DNA of 32,000 nucleotides from Nonlabens ponticola (GCF_003966335.1 NZ_CP034549.1:1650001-1682000); one strand, 5' to 3'. Positions 1 to 10,100 are shown, counted from the stretch's first letter. A program made the numbers and translations. The notes: generated from the letters alone by a model not told the origin.

Positions 1-88
1 CGTTGGTACAATTGATATACTAGAGTTGGGTCAGGTTGATCCACGTAATAACACCTTTGAAAATGCATTTATGCCAGATTGGGAATAG
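1..88 (+). CDS. 3' end of an unidentified CDS running off the left edge
   Basis: The frame starting at position 2 is open (..VGTIDILELGQVDPRNNTFENAFMPDWE) and ends at TAG 86-88. A hairpin plus T-run follows at 108-127. Too short to identify. Confidence 0.3.
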   Translation, partial: VGTIDILELGQVDPRNNTFENAFMPDWE

Positions 89-107
89 CATCCTTTTATC
101 TATAAAT

Positions 108-127
108 GGGATGCGTATCCCGTTTTT
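108..127 (+). terminator. Putative rho-independent terminator
   Basis: GGGAT-gcgt-ATCCC stem-loop followed by GTTTTT, 20 nt after the TAG at 86-88. Confidence 0.45.
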
Positions 128-228
128 AAGTCTTGAATCTCTGAGCAAGGTTCAACGGGCTAGATAACTGAATATGATACTTACGCAACATCAATATTTA
201 TGATGCTGTTCCTTCTGCATAAAATTGA

Positions 229-268
229 AAAAGCCTAGCTGGATCTTAGGGAATCCGACTAGGCTTTT
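229..268 (-). terminator. Hairpin terminator (bidirectional in appearance) downstream of the 457..1998 gene
   Basis: AAGCCTAG (231-238) pairs with CTAGGCTT (259-266), with an extra GGAT/ATCC inner stem. It is flanked by an A-run on the left and a T-run on the right, so the minus strand reads hairpin + TTTTT. Confidence 0.5.
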
Positions 269-456
269 ATTCTAAATATTAGTCAAATATAACACCCAAA
301 AGCAAGAAACAGCGATTAAAGTATGTATTTACCAAAAATTTTGCTTTTAGTCGGTTAATCGATGGTTTCCAAATAAGCTTTAAGCTTTAATGTAGCAGGT
401 CTATTAGGCTACTTTGCTATAGTTGACCAATTATAGAGATAGCAAGGATTTGGTAA

Positions 457-1998
457 TTAGTCCTCTTCAAAAGTTACGCTCTCATAAGCGCCAGCATCTG
501 GTGAGCCAGCATCGCGAGCCGCTTGAGTTATATCTAGAGACGCCACGGTCGCTGGATTTCCTAGTCCATTTGCCGCACTTTCATTGCTTATCTGCAATTC
601 ATTGCGAGCAGCGTTCTTGAAGAATGGTTCCTCATTGAGAATGACCTGCTCGTATAAATCTGTATTACTAAAATCATAAACAGAAATATCTTCCAACTCG
701 CCAAATCGATCCTCAAACTTGATCAATGAGTTTTCAAATTTGAAATTTAGGTCACTCACCTCGTCATCAAGTATCAACAGTTCTAAATCTCTATCGCCAT
801 AGATGATGCAGTTGGTGAAAACCGCATTCTCCAAGGGTTCGCTCAATCCACTATTAGGAATTGTATTAGAAATGAATAACGCTGGATCCTGGCGTAGACC
901 ATTTGGGAAAAAGTTTGCGATCGTACAATTATTGAAGTTGTATTCACCACCTAACCGCAATACTACCGATGATTGACCAGAGTTATTGATCACAAGATTC
1001 TCCGCATCAATACTAGCTGTAGATGCAAGTATGCCGTTATTAGCGCTATTATAAATTTGCGTGTTATCTATGCGTAATGTAGCTCCATCATCGTCATCGC
1101 TCTGACTATCCATGATAATCCCAACACTCGAGTTGCGTATGGTAAGGTGTGAGATTTCATGATCTTTGCTACCTGCCGTAAGCCAGATGGCAGTCCATTG
1201 TCCAGGTAGGTCATTAAATGCAGGCTCTAGCCTGTCGCCTTGAAAGATCACCTCATTTTCTAATGCTTCGGTTAGGCTAGGAGCACCATTTACTTTAAGT
1301 GTTGATTCATTTGAGGCGATAATACCGCTGCCATCATGAAAAAATAATCTAGCGCCAGCTTCAATAGTTAGCGTTTGATCATTGGGTATGGCAGCAAATC
1401 CATAAATCACATATGGTTTTTCATTAGTAAAGGTGAGTTCATCCTCGTCTAGAACAAATCCTCTTATACGTATTTCATTCTCATCTTGGTCAACGCCTAA
1501 TAACAAGGATTCCTCAATGCCTTCATCATCTCGCTCTGGGAAAAGAAAAATTGCATCCTTAATCAAGGTCACTAATTCTACAGATTGGAAATCACCTGAA
1601 CTACCAAAATCGATCGTATCCAGATAAAGGAACTCATCATCATCGGTCTGTGTATTAATATCGACAGTGGTTTCAATAAAGACAAATAGGGAATCGTTTG
1701 CCAGTAATTCTACATTTTCAAAAACTCTACCAGGCACTCCATCAACAGCAAGTCGATACAGCGATTCATCACCTTGTCTTAATCGTACCTGTGGTATGAG
1801 AATATCCTCATCGCTGCGATTATAAACCTTTACGGTTCTCGTACTGCTACCTATATTGGTAAATACCGTGTCCAGAAAAACAGTGTCCTGTGAGAATTCT
1901 AGCGCGCCGACACTTTCAGTAAATTCAAAATCGTTGCGACAAGAAGCCAACAGAATAATTACAGTACCTAATAATATGGAGTACGCTATGTTTTTCAT
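457..1998 (-). CDS. Lipoprotein with parallel beta-helix-like repeats, function unknown
   Basis: 513-aa ORF. It has an N-terminal lipoprotein signal (..IILLASC) and repeated short N/G/I-rich turns (IRNSSVGIIMDS, IYNSANNGILAS, VINNSGQSS, FTNCIIYGD) typical of right-handed beta-helix proteins. Confidence 0.75.
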   Translation of the reverse strand: MKNIAYSILLGTVIILLASCRNDFEFTESVGALEFSQDTVFLDTVFTNIGSSTRTVKVYNRSDEDILIPQVRLRQGDESLYRLAVDGVPGRVFENVELLANDSLFVFIETTVDINTQTDDDEFLYLDTIDFGSSGDFQSVELVTLIKDAIFLFPERDDEGIEESLLLGVDQDENEIRIRGFVLDEDELTFTNEKPYVIYGFAAIPNDQTLTIEAGARLFFHDGSGIIASNESTLKVNGAPSLTEALENEVIFQGDRLEPAFNDLPGQWTAIWLTAGSKDHEISHLTIRNSSVGIIMDSQSDDDDGATLRIDNTQIYNSANNGILASTASIDAENLVINNSGQSSVVLRLGGEYNFNNCTIANFFPNGLRQDPALFISNTIPNSGLSEPLENAVFTNCIIYGDRDLELLILDDEVSDLNFKFENSLIKFEDRFGELEDISVYDFSNTDLYEQVILNEEPFFKNAARNELQISNESAANGLGNPATVASLDITQAARDAGSPDAGAYESVTFEED

Positions 1999-2402
1999 GA
2001 ATGTATTTCAAATAAATCTCTCAATTCTTGAGAGATGCGGACAGGCTTACCTGATTTGTCAACTGCACACCAGTCGCTGGTGGTTTTAGCCAGCAGCTGC
2101 ATGCCATCCTTTTTATAGATTTCTATAAAACGCTCATAGCGCACGTTTGTTGCTCGACCAACTTGTGTCTTAATGACGATCTCGTCATTTAGTTTAGCAC
2201 TGTTTTTATATTCAATACAATGTTTGATCATGACCCAATCGTATGCGTCCTTCATCTCATCAGTGGCGGCATTCAACCAGTGGTCCATGGCGATATCATT
2301 TGCCCACTGCACATACATCACATTGTTTACATGATTCAGATGGTCAATTTCTGTTTCATTGACTGTGCGCTCCATGGTATAGATTGGTAAGTCGTCACGC
2401 AT
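1995..2402 (-). CDS. Acyl-CoA thioesterase, hotdog fold (4HBT/YbgC-like)
   Basis: 135-aa ORF. The size and the N-terminal motif (ETEIDHLNHVNNVMYVQW) fit the 4HBT thioesterase family. Its stop overlaps the downstream gene's start by 4 nt (ATGA). Confidence 0.8.
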   Translation of the reverse strand: MRDDLPIYTMERTVNETEIDHLNHVNNVMYVQWANDIAMDHWLNAATDEMKDAYDWVMIKHCIEYKNSAKLNDEIVIKTQVGRATNVRYERFIEIYKKDGMQLLAKTTSDWCAVDKSGKPVRISQELRDLFEIHS

Positions 2403-2408
2403 TTTATT

Positions 2409-3470
2409 CTAGTTCTGGATGGCAATTTCAAACAATTTATTCCAGCGTTTGCCAGTTACAAACAGTCTATCATTGCTGCTATCATAAGCAATACCGTTGA
2501 GAACATTGTCTTGATCATTCCAGTTTTCTACTACCGTTTTGTCCAGTCTGTCTTGCAAGCCGTTCATATCGATCACAGCTTCTAACGCACCGTTTTCTGG
2601 ATTGACGATCATCACTACGTTTTGCTGGTAGATATTGGCATAAATTTTCCCATTGACCCATTCCAGCTCATTTATTTTCTCAAAAACTTTTTTATCAGAT
2701 ACTATCTGGATGTACTCCAGTTCTTCAAAAGTTTCTGGATCAATCTTCCATATTTTATTACTACCGTCACTCTTGTACAAGTACTCACCATCGTTGCACA
2801 AACCCCAACCTTCTTTACTGCGATTGTAGGCAAACTCGCCCGTGCGGTTTAGGTCTAGATCATAAGTGTAGGCATAACCGCTTTTCCACGTAAGTTGGTA
2901 AACTGTTTTGTCCAGTATAGTCAGACCTTCTGCAAAAACATTTTTATCTAGTTCCTTCTTTAGTAAAATCTCACCAGTTTCAACGTCAGTCGTGCGTATG
3001 TCTGATTCATTGTATTGTCCAGCGCTCTCATACAGGGTAGCATCATTAAACTCCAATCCTTGCGTGTAGGCATCACTGTGTGGATACTCGTTGACTACTT
3101 GATATTTGTATATTTTTGGCGCCTTCGTATTATACTTTTCGATAGTTTCCTTAGCTCTTGCTATGCGGCCATTTTGATAAATCGTGGCTTCATAGGTTAG
3201 TTTACCTAGTGGTTGGTTTGTTAGCTTTCGCGAAAGCGTAACTCCATCAACACCATCCAGCACACGACCGTTTTGTCTCCATACAACGCTGTCCATTCCC
3301 ATGTTTGCATCATCTAGTAGCGAAAGATTTACCGTATCACCATCATTCCAGCTCGATTTTGGATTATTTACAACGACCTTATAATTCTTATTAAATTTTT
3401 CTAGCTCTGTTTTACAGGCTGATAATGAGAGCGCTATCGTTAGTAAAAAAACAGAATTTCTCCAGTTCAT
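2409..3470 (-). CDS. Glutaminyl-peptide cyclotransferase (bacterial/plant beta-propeller type) with an N-terminal lipoprotein extension
   Basis: Family motifs are present: YPHSDAYTQGLEF, LYESAGQY, EGWGLCNDGEYLYKSDGS, NELEWVNGKIYANIY, VLNGIAYD, LFVTGKRWNKLFEI. The signal peptide ends LSLSAC. Confidence 0.85.
   Translation of the reverse strand: MNWRNSVFLLTIALSLSACKTELEKFNKNYKVVVNNPKSSWNDGDTVNLSLLDDANMGMDSVVWRQNGRVLDGVDGVTLSRKLTNQPLGKLTYEATIYQNGRIARAKETIEKYNTKAPKIYKYQVVNEYPHSDAYTQGLEFNDATLYESAGQYNESDIRTTDVETGEILLKKELDKNVFAEGLTILDKTVYQLTWKSGYAYTYDLDLNRTGEFAYNRSKEGWGLCNDGEYLYKSDGSNKIWKIDPETFEELEYIQIVSDKKVFEKINELEWVNGKIYANIYQQNVVMIVNPENGALEAVIDMNGLQDRLDKTVVENWNDQDNVLNGIAYDSSNDRLFVTGKRWNKLFEIAIQN
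3221..3243. repeat. REP-like palindrome copy inside the glutaminyl cyclase CDS
   Basis: The perfect 14-bp core GCTTTCGCGAAAGC lies at 3224-3237. On the coding strand it reads GTTACGCTTTCGCGAAAGCTAAC and encodes V-T-L-S-R-K-L. Confidence 0.55.
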
Positions 3471-3545
3471 AATGGCATTTTATCTATGCGAAATATAGTG
3501 AGAAAAATGCAGGCTCAAAACCTTTGTGAGGTTGTATGAGCACTG

Positions 3546-3553
3546 TATATTTG
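3546..3553 (+). promoter_or_regulatory. Bacteroidota-type -7 promoter box for the SRP RNA
   Basis: TATATTTG matches the TAnnTTTG consensus and ends 4 nt upstream of the predicted RNA 5' end. Confidence 0.5.
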
Positions 3554-3557
3554 CACT

Positions 3558-3654
3558 GGGCAAGTCCTACACAACCAGCTCCTGCTGAACTCCTCCAGGG
3601 CGGGAACGCAGCAAAGGTAAGCGGTCGTAGCGGTGTGATGTAGGTAGCTTGCCT
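3558..3654 (+). ncRNA. ffs: Signal recognition particle RNA (small 4.5S-type SRP RNA)
   Basis: The terminal helix pairs GGCAAG with CTTGCC and CCTACA with TGTAGG. A conserved domain IV-like core is present: CCAGGGCG-GGAA-CGCAGCAAAGG, with a GGAA tetraloop and AGG/AGCA loops as in E. coli 4.5S (CAGGUCCGGAAGGAAGCAGC). A T7 run follows at 3654-3660. Confidence 0.8.
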
Positions 3655-3702
3655 TTTTTTGTGCGCTATACTCAAATTTAACTATCTGATATCTAGTTGT
3701 TT

Positions 3703-4509
3703 ATGAAAAACGTGGTTTTAGTTACTGGTGGTTCATCTGGAATAGGAAAAGCTATCGCCCAGTATTTACACGATAGAAACTACAAAGTATACGGCACCAG
3801 CCGCAGTCCCGAGAAGTATGCAGACCTACCATTTACTCTCTTACAGCTTGATGTTCAAGATCAAATTTCTGTTAATAAGGCTGTTGAAGAATTAATCCAA
3901 CGAGAAGGCAAACTTGATATACTTATAAATAACGCAGGTGTAGGAATCACGGGACCCATGGAAGAGACGCCTATCGATGAGGTTAAACATGCGATGGATA
4001 CTAATTTTTATGGACCACTAAGAGTATTGCAAGCCGTGTTGCCTCATATGAGAAAGCAAAAATCTGGTCGTGTCATCAATATCACCAGTATCGCTGGCTA
4101 TATGGGATTACCTTATAGAGGCATCTATAGTGCGAGTAAGGGTGCTCTAGAAATCGCTACAGAGGCATATCGCATGGAGTGCGCACACTTGAATATTCAT
4201 TTTAGCAATGTGGCGCCAGGCGATTTTGCTACAAATATTTCCGCCGGTAGATTTCACGCGCCAGTAAAGGAGAACGGTGATTATGCAGCAGGTTACAAGC
4301 ACACACTCAACCTTATTGACGAACATGTAGAGGATGGCAGCGATCCAATTGAAGTTGCGCAGGTGATTCACAAAATTCTACAGCAATCCAATCCAGGTAT
4401 ACACTATAAAGTAGGTAGCTTCCTGCAAAAGTTTTCTATCACACTCAAGAAAATACTACCAGAGAAATCCTATGAGAAAATGCTCAAGAAGCATTATGGG
4501 TTGAAGTAA
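3703..4509 (+). CDS. SDR-family oxidoreductase (short-chain dehydrogenase/reductase)
   Basis: It has the TGGSSGIGKA Rossmann motif, NNAG, and the catalytic YSASK. The ATG at 3703 is preferred over the TTG at 3697 used by the ORF track. Confidence 0.9.
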   Translation: MKNVVLVTGGSSGIGKAIAQYLHDRNYKVYGTSRSPEKYADLPFTLLQLDVQDQISVNKAVEELIQREGKLDILINNAGVGITGPMEETPIDEVKHAMDTNFYGPLRVLQAVLPHMRKQKSGRVINITSIAGYMGLPYRGIYSASKGALEIATEAYRMECAHLNIHFSNVAPGDFATNISAGRFHAPVKENGDYAAGYKHTLNLIDEHVEDGSDPIEVAQVIHKILQQSNPGIHYKVGSFLQKFSITLKKILPEKSYEKMLKKHYGLK

Positions 4510-4520
4510 TCTGGTTTTGA

Positions 4521-5396
4521 TTATTCACCTTTTTTGAAAGGATAGATCATTTGATTGGCAAGATCTTCAGGAAAATTCTCATCACCAGGAAAGCCTAATT
4601 CAAGCTCAGGATCATGATAGGGAACCACCGCTGTTCCAAAAAGATAATCCCAAACACTCAACGACAGCCCGTAGTTAACACCATACTTTCTGCCATTAGG
4701 TAGTTTGCGTGCATGATGCCATAGGTGCATTTTGGGATTATTCAAGATGTATTTGAAAGGGCCGTAATCCCAATTAAGGTTCGCATGATTTAAATGACCT
4801 ATGAATACTCCTATCATATGTACCACAAAGAATTGTTGTATCCCAAAGCCAATCATTGCTAGTGGCAAGTACTGTAATGTCTTATAAATAATCGTTTCCA
4901 TAAAGTGAAACCTGAACTGTGCGGCAAATCCCATTTCTTTTACACTATGGTGAACTTTGTGAAATTGCCACAACCATGGTACTCTATGTAATAATCTATG
5001 AATATTCCATTGCACAAAATCTGCAACTACAAACATGATGAGTAGCTGTGACCAGGCTGGCCAGGTTTGTAATTCAAACGCGACCATATTCTCAAGACCT
5101 ATGCTTTGTAATAGATCATTGAATAGCTGCACGCCTATATTAGAAATCGCATTATAGCCAACCAGTGAGAACAAAAAGAAGTTGAAGAATAAATAAAATA
5201 GATCTAACCAGAAGTCCTTGCGCAGGATTTTTTGATTTTTACGCCAAGGCAACCATATCTCCAAACAAAACACAAGAACGGATAAACCTATTAACCAGTA
5301 GAAATAGTTATTCCACGCCGGTGTTGTGATCTCGCTCCATAGATAATTAGCGTAATCACTGAATGAGTTAAGAAATAGGTCTAGGTATGTGTCCAT
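4521..5396 (-). CDS. Fatty acid hydroxylase / sterol desaturase family membrane protein
   Basis: It has several hydrophobic segments and three histidine boxes (HRLLH, HKVHH, HLWHH). Confidence 0.85.
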   Translation of the reverse strand: MDTYLDLFLNSFSDYANYLWSEITTPAWNNYFYWLIGLSVLVFCLEIWLPWRKNQKILRKDFWLDLFYLFFNFFLFSLVGYNAISNIGVQLFNDLLQSIGLENMVAFELQTWPAWSQLLIMFVVADFVQWNIHRLLHRVPWLWQFHKVHHSVKEMGFAAQFRFHFMETIIYKTLQYLPLAMIGFGIQQFFVVHMIGVFIGHLNHANLNWDYGPFKYILNNPKMHLWHHARKLPNGRKYGVNYGLSLSVWDYLFGTAVVPYHDPELELGFPGDENFPEDLANQMIYPFKKGE

Positions 5397-5502
5397 TATA
5401 AAGGGTGTCGCATTGCAATGATACTCTTTACAAAGGTTAGTAGGTTGAGATATATTTAAGTAAGACTCACTTTACTATTTTTGATGAACAAAATCTTCTC
5501 GA

Positions 5503-7173
5503 ATGAAAAAGTATTTTCTTGCATCGCTAATCGTGGTATTGCTAATAGGTTGTAAAAATGATAAAACCCAAGAGAAAGAAATGAGCAAAGAGGTCGTTTC
5601 CAATTTTGATTGGGATGCGGCAAACGTCTATTTTTTATTGACAGATCGTTTCAATAACGGCGATAAAAGTAATGATAATACGGTTCCTAGAGATGAAGAG
5701 ACGGCAACCTTACGTGGATTTGAAGGCGGTGATTTTGTTGGTATTCAAAATAAGATTGAAGAAAATTATTTCACAGACTTAGGCGTCAATGCGATCTGGC
5801 TCACACCCATCTTTGAACAAGTAAAAGGTGGAGTAGATGAGGGCACAGGTTACACCTATGCCTACCATGGCTATTGGGCCAAAGATTGGACAGCCATTGA
5901 GCCAGCATATGGAACGATGGAAGAATTTAAATCACTAGTCCAGGCGGCTCACGATAAAGGCATCAGAATATTACTTGACGTGGTCATCAATCATGCAGGT
6001 CCGGTAACTGAACAAGATCCCGTATGGCCAGAAGATTGGGTGCGCACAGGACCCGTGTGTACTTATCAAGATCAAGAGACAGCGGTGAGCTGTACACTTA
6101 CTAATAATTTACCAGATGTTCTTACGGATAGTAAGGAAGAAGTGGAGCTACCACCAGCGCTAGTTCAAAAATGGAAAGATGAAGTCAGATATGAGGAAGA
6201 AGTACAGGAACTTGACGCCTTTTTTGAAGAATCTGGATTGGCAAGAACACCAGCTAATCATCTAATCAAATGGGTCACAGACTACGCTCGCGAGACTGGT
6301 GTAGATGGCTTTAGAATCGATACTGTTAAGCATGTTGAAGAAGAAGTATGGGCTACCTTTATTGAGCAGGCGCAAATTGCTTATGAGCAATGGAAAGACG
6401 AGCATCCAGATCTAATGATTCATAATGATCCGTTTTTTATCATTGGTGAGTTGTATGGTTATTACGCGGCTGGTGGTCGCGCGTACAATTTCAATGAGGT
6501 GCCCGTAGATTATTTTAATGTAGGGTATGATGCGATGATCAATTTTGGTTTTAAGGAAGATGCAGGACTTAATTATAAAGCCTTATTTCAAAAATATGCT
6601 GACATCAAATCAAATCTCAACAAGGAGACAGATAGCGATGTCGTTAGTTTCATGAATTATATAAGTTCACATGATGATGGCCAGCCATACGATCCTCAAC
6701 GTGAGTCAGGTATAGAGGCAGGAACTAAGCTGCTATTATCGCCAGGAATTTCTCAAATCTATTACGGTGACGAGAGTTCAAGGATTTTAAGTGCTGACGG
6801 TGCAGAAGGCGATGCAAACCTGAGAACAAACATGAATTGGGACAATATGGATGATGCCACGTTAGAACATTGGCAGCAGCTGGGAAGATTCCGTAGGGAT
6901 CATCCAGCAGTAGGTGCTGGTAAGCATTATAGTCTCGATCATACTGGTAGTGGCACGCTAGCGGCCAGATTTTATGAAAAAGACGATTATAAGGATGATG
7001 TCTTGATAGGAGCTGGACTAGAAAATGGTGAGATTACCATTGATGTGTCCAAGGTGTTTCCTGACATAGACGAGCTACGCAATGCCTACAGCGATACAAT
7101 ACATGTCGTTGAAGATGGTAAAATAATCACTACTGCGATAAATGGTGTAGTGCTGCTGGAGCCATATTTTTAA
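5503..7173 (+). CDS. Alpha-amylase (GH13), lipoprotein
   Basis: GH13 conserved regions are present: DVVINHAG, GFRIDTVKH, IGELYG, ISSHDD. The lipoprotein signal is LLIGC. Confidence 0.9.
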   Translation: MKKYFLASLIVVLLIGCKNDKTQEKEMSKEVVSNFDWDAANVYFLLTDRFNNGDKSNDNTVPRDEETATLRGFEGGDFVGIQNKIEENYFTDLGVNAIWLTPIFEQVKGGVDEGTGYTYAYHGYWAKDWTAIEPAYGTMEEFKSLVQAAHDKGIRILLDVVINHAGPVTEQDPVWPEDWVRTGPVCTYQDQETAVSCTLTNNLPDVLTDSKEEVELPPALVQKWKDEVRYEEEVQELDAFFEESGLARTPANHLIKWVTDYARETGVDGFRIDTVKHVEEEVWATFIEQAQIAYEQWKDEHPDLMIHNDPFFIIGELYGYYAAGGRAYNFNEVPVDYFNVGYDAMINFGFKEDAGLNYKALFQKYADIKSNLNKETDSDVVSFMNYISSHDDGQPYDPQRESGIEAGTKLLLSPGISQIYYGDESSRILSADGAEGDANLRTNMNWDNMDDATLEHWQQLGRFRRDHPAVGAGKHYSLDHTGSGTLAARFYEKDDYKDDVLIGAGLENGEITIDVSKVFPDIDELRNAYSDTIHVVEDGKIITTAINGVVLLEPYF

Positions 7174-7200
7174 TTAATTATCGTGTGGTGATTTTTGAAT

Positions 7201-7226
7201 GATTACGCTTTCGCGAAAGCGTGATC
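7201..7226. repeat. REP-like 26-bp near-perfect palindrome
   Basis: GATTACGCTTTCGCGAAAGCGTGATC, located in the intergenic region 3' of the amylase gene. Confidence 0.75.
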
Positions 7227-7344
7227 CCAACAATCTACCTGTAACATTTCCAGCCTTAACACAAATTAGCAGTTTCCCGCATACTTTGATATTTCCTTGT
7301 GTATGTCAGGTGTGATCTCTAGTTATCTTTAAATAAAAACAACT

Positions 7345-7848
7345 ATGAGCACCAATAACCTAAGTAATAAAGAAGCACAACAAAAGTTCAAGAAAATCGT
7401 GGAGAGCGTCGATTTTGCCATGATGTTGACACACCTAGATCAGACACCATTGCATGCGATACCCATGAGTACCAAACGAGTTGACGACAATGGTACGGTT
7501 TATTTTTTGAGTAATCGTGATAGTGAGCACAACAACAATATCGAGAACGATTCCCGCTGCCAGCTTATCTATTCAGAAAAGCACAGTATGGAATTTTTAA
7601 GTGTTTATGGTAAAGCATACATTAGTAATGATCGTGCGTTGATTCACAGTTTATATGGTTCAAGCGATGATAACTGGTTTGAAGGAAAGGATGATCCAGA
7701 GATTACAGTAATTACTTTTCACCCAGAAACTGGACATTACTGGGATTCAAAATCTAATGCACTGGTCAGTCTGTTTAAAATGGGTTATGGAGCCATCACA
7801 GGTGAGAAAATGGATGTAGGTGAGAGTGGCAGCTTGAGCAACCTGTAA
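7345..7848 (+). CDS. Pyridoxamine 5'-phosphate oxidase-like FMN-binding protein (general stress protein 26-like)
   Basis: 167-aa ORF. The size and sequence pattern (FAMMLT..IPMST..DDNGTVYFLSNRDSEHN..FLSVYGKAYIS..YWD) fit the split-barrel PNPOx-like family. Confidence 0.7.
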   Translation: MSTNNLSNKEAQQKFKKIVESVDFAMMLTHLDQTPLHAIPMSTKRVDDNGTVYFLSNRDSEHNNNIENDSRCQLIYSEKHSMEFLSVYGKAYISNDRALIHSLYGSSDDNWFEGKDDPEITVITFHPETGHYWDSKSNALVSLFKMGYGAITGEKMDVGESGSLSNL

Positions 7849-7859
7849 AGATTGAGATT

Positions 7860-8198
7860 ATGGCAGATTATAATAAAGAAGAAGTTTGGGACGAGTTTAA
7901 AGAAAAGCAAAACATGACTCATAATGAGTTGGAAAAATGGCTAGAAACTGAGGAGTCCAAAAATGCTGGCCGAGAAATGGACAACGGTGAGACAGTAGGT
8001 CACGCCAGCGGCCGTAGCATTTTGAAGATCAAGGAAAAGAACAAGAGCGATTTGACAGAAGCCAATTGGGATAAGATAAATGAAACCGTAGGTTATTACC
8101 ATCAAAATCTACACGAGTCCCAAAAACCGTCTAGCGATGTTGAAAACAGCGCATGGTACTATGCCCTCAAAAATTGGGGTCACGATGCTTTAAAATAA
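7860..8198 (+). CDS. Small acidic conserved protein (I recall DUF3140-like; not verified)
   Basis: 112-aa ORF starting 12 nt after the upstream gene and followed by a strong terminator. The family name is from memory only. Confidence 0.65.
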   Translation: MADYNKEEVWDEFKEKQNMTHNELEKWLETEESKNAGREMDNGETVGHASGRSILKIKEKNKSDLTEANWDKINETVGYYHQNLHESQKPSSDVENSAWYYALKNWGHDALK

Positions 8199-8217
8199 AT
8201 CTCAAAAATTAATTCAG

Positions 8218-8248
8218 AAAAAAAACCGATCATTAGATCGGTTTTTTT
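8218..8248. terminator. Bidirectional rho-independent terminator
   Basis: A-run, then CCGATC-atta-GATCGG, then a T7 run. Confidence 0.7.
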
Positions 8249-8250
8249 GT

Positions 8251-8373
8251 TTACAACCAGCTGGTAACAGCATTAATCGATTGTTGTAATAGATCATCTT
8301 CTTGATGATCATCGTTTTCTAATAGCCGCCGCTTGTAGTCGCTATAGCCATTTTCAGAGATGATAAGGTCCAT
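8251..8373 (-). CDS. Possible 40-aa small ORF between selO and the terminator
   Basis: ATG at 8373 to TAA at 8251 (MDLIISENGYSDYKRRLLENDDHQEDDLLQQSINAVTSWL). It is below the ORF-track cutoff and is supported only by its position just before the terminator. Confidence 0.2.
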   Translation of the reverse strand: MDLIISENGYSDYKRRLLENDDHQEDDLLQQSINAVTSWL

Positions 8374-8445
8374 GAGTATTTTTTTCTTTAAAAATAAATC
8401 CTCATCATTAAATTTCCTGTTAATGAAATCTTAGAAGCTATTTTT

Positions 8446-10044
8446 TTAGGAACTACAACTTAATTGAGAACAGCCAGGTTTATTTATGGCCCAATCTGGT
8501 CTTCTAGCATACCATTTGTCATATGCAGGTTGATCTGAATAAGGATTTTTAAGCATTTCAAATAATTCACTCATGATAGTGTAATCTCCTTGTTCTGCGG
8601 CCTCGATAGCAAGTTGAGCCATATAATTTCTCAGCACGTACTTGGGATTAGTGGCTCGCATTTTTTTGGCTCTTGCTTTCGCGAAAACGGAACTCCTATC
8701 AATCCTATCTATATATGACTGTAGCCATTCCAGCCATTGTTGTTTTATGCTAGACGGCATTATATCTATATCATAAATTGCTGGATGAATAATTTTCCAA
8801 GCAGTCAAGTGATCCATTTCTCCGTGAACTTTTATCAATTCTCTATAAAATATAGTCATATCTATAGGATGCACAGGTAATAAAGCTAGGAGACTATCAA
8901 TTAGTTTTGCATCAGCATGATGGTCATCTATAAGTCCTAATTTTGCTTTCATCATTGCCTGTTGCTCAACAAGATAATTTGATTTGTACACATCTAAGAT
9001 TTTTTCTAAACCATTAGTATCATCGATAACTAGGTAGAAGGAATTGGCGAGTTTCCATAGATTCCATAGAGCAATCTCAGGTTGTGATCGGTATTTATAT
9101 CGTTTATGCTGATTATCTGTCGTATTAGGAGTCCAATCAGGATTATAATCGTCCATCCAGCCATAAGGACCATAATCGATGGTCAATCCCAAGACAGACA
9201 TGTTATCTGTATTCATTACACCATGCACAAATCCTACACGCTGCCAATGCATGACCATCGTTAGAGTTTCATTACATATCTCTTTGAATAGCAATAGGTA
9301 GGGTTCCTTTTCTTGTGCTACAACCAATAAATGATTGAAAAGGGTCTTAATAGTGTAATCAAGAAGATTTTTCAGTAAAGTAGTATCACCACGTGAAGCA
9401 GGTAATTCAAAACTACCAAATCTTAGAAAGGACGGACTTACACGACAAACCATAGCACCCAATTCCTGAATGATAGTACCGTCATACATAGGATCTCTAG
9501 TTACTTTTTCTCCGGTAAGCGAGATACCTAAGGATCTAGTGGTTGGAATACCTAAATGATGCATCGCCTCACTGCACAAATGCTCTCTAATGCTTGATCG
9601 CAATACCGCAAAACCATCACCGCGCCTAGAGTAGGGTGTAGGTCCAGAACCTTTAAGCTGTAGATATTGTAACCCTAGATTAGTCTCAAAACCACCTAAC
9701 ATAATGGCGCGACCATCGCCCAACTGTCCAGCCCAATGGCCAAATTGATGACCACCATAATTCATAGCATAGGTCTTTAATTGAAGATCCAGTTGCTGGC
9801 CAGTCAACAGCTTTGCTATGTAGTTTGACTTCACCACCGATTTCTCAAGACCTAAATCCTTGGCTAACGCATTGTTGACATGAATGACGCTGGCATTTTT
9901 AAATGATTTAATCGCTACCGCAGAAAGCAGAAATTCAGGTACCTGCCTAGGAATATTACTTTCTATGGTATCGTATGGGAAATGCTGATCAATACTATTG
10001 GGATGAAGCTTTAATGACATGTCATAAAGATAAGTCAGTGACAT
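8446..10044 (-). CDS. selO: Protein adenylyltransferase SelO (YdiU family pseudokinase-fold AMPylase)
   Basis: The hallmark motif YAMNYGGHQFGHWAGQLGDGRA is present, along with HGVMNTDNMSVLGLTIDYGPYGWMD and a C-terminal ..SCSS. The true start may be the second ATG at 10020. Confidence 0.9.
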   Translation of the reverse strand: MSLTYLYDMSLKLHPNSIDQHFPYDTIESNIPRQVPEFLLSAVAIKSFKNASVIHVNNALAKDLGLEKSVVKSNYIAKLLTGQQLDLQLKTYAMNYGGHQFGHWAGQLGDGRAIMLGGFETNLGLQYLQLKGSGPTPYSRRGDGFAVLRSSIREHLCSEAMHHLGIPTTRSLGISLTGEKVTRDPMYDGTIIQELGAMVCRVSPSFLRFGSFELPASRGDTTLLKNLLDYTIKTLFNHLLVVAQEKEPYLLLFKEICNETLTMVMHWQRVGFVHGVMNTDNMSVLGLTIDYGPYGWMDDYNPDWTPNTTDNQHKRYKYRSQPEIALWNLWKLANSFYLVIDDTNGLEKILDVYKSNYLVEQQAMMKAKLGLIDDHHADAKLIDSLLALLPVHPIDMTIFYRELIKVHGEMDHLTAWKIIHPAIYDIDIMPSSIKQQWLEWLQSYIDRIDRSSVFAKARAKKMRATNPKYVLRNYMAQLAIEAAEQGDYTIMSELFEMLKNPYSDQPAYDKWYARRPDWAINKPGCSQLSCSS

Positions 10045-10067
10045 ACTCAGCGTTCATATGTAGACAC

Positions 10068-10100
10068 AAAAAAAGCGGCGGTTTGAAACAAACCGCCGCT
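10068..10100 (-). terminator. Rho-independent terminator of the T9SS protein gene
   Basis: The minus strand reads AGCGGCGGTTT-gtttc-AAACCGCCGCT followed by TTTTTTT. Confidence 0.75.

Noticed and set aside
423-620. 65-aa plus-strand ORF
   Set aside because: It is fully antisense to the 3' end of the 513-aa lipoprotein gene and has no supporting signals.
3484-3675. 63-aa minus-strand ORF from the track
   Set aside because: It lies exactly antisense to a sequence with SRP RNA helix and domain IV features plus a promoter box and a T-run. The peptide is low complexity (Ala/Pro/Arg-rich), so I treat it as a spurious ORF over an RNA gene.
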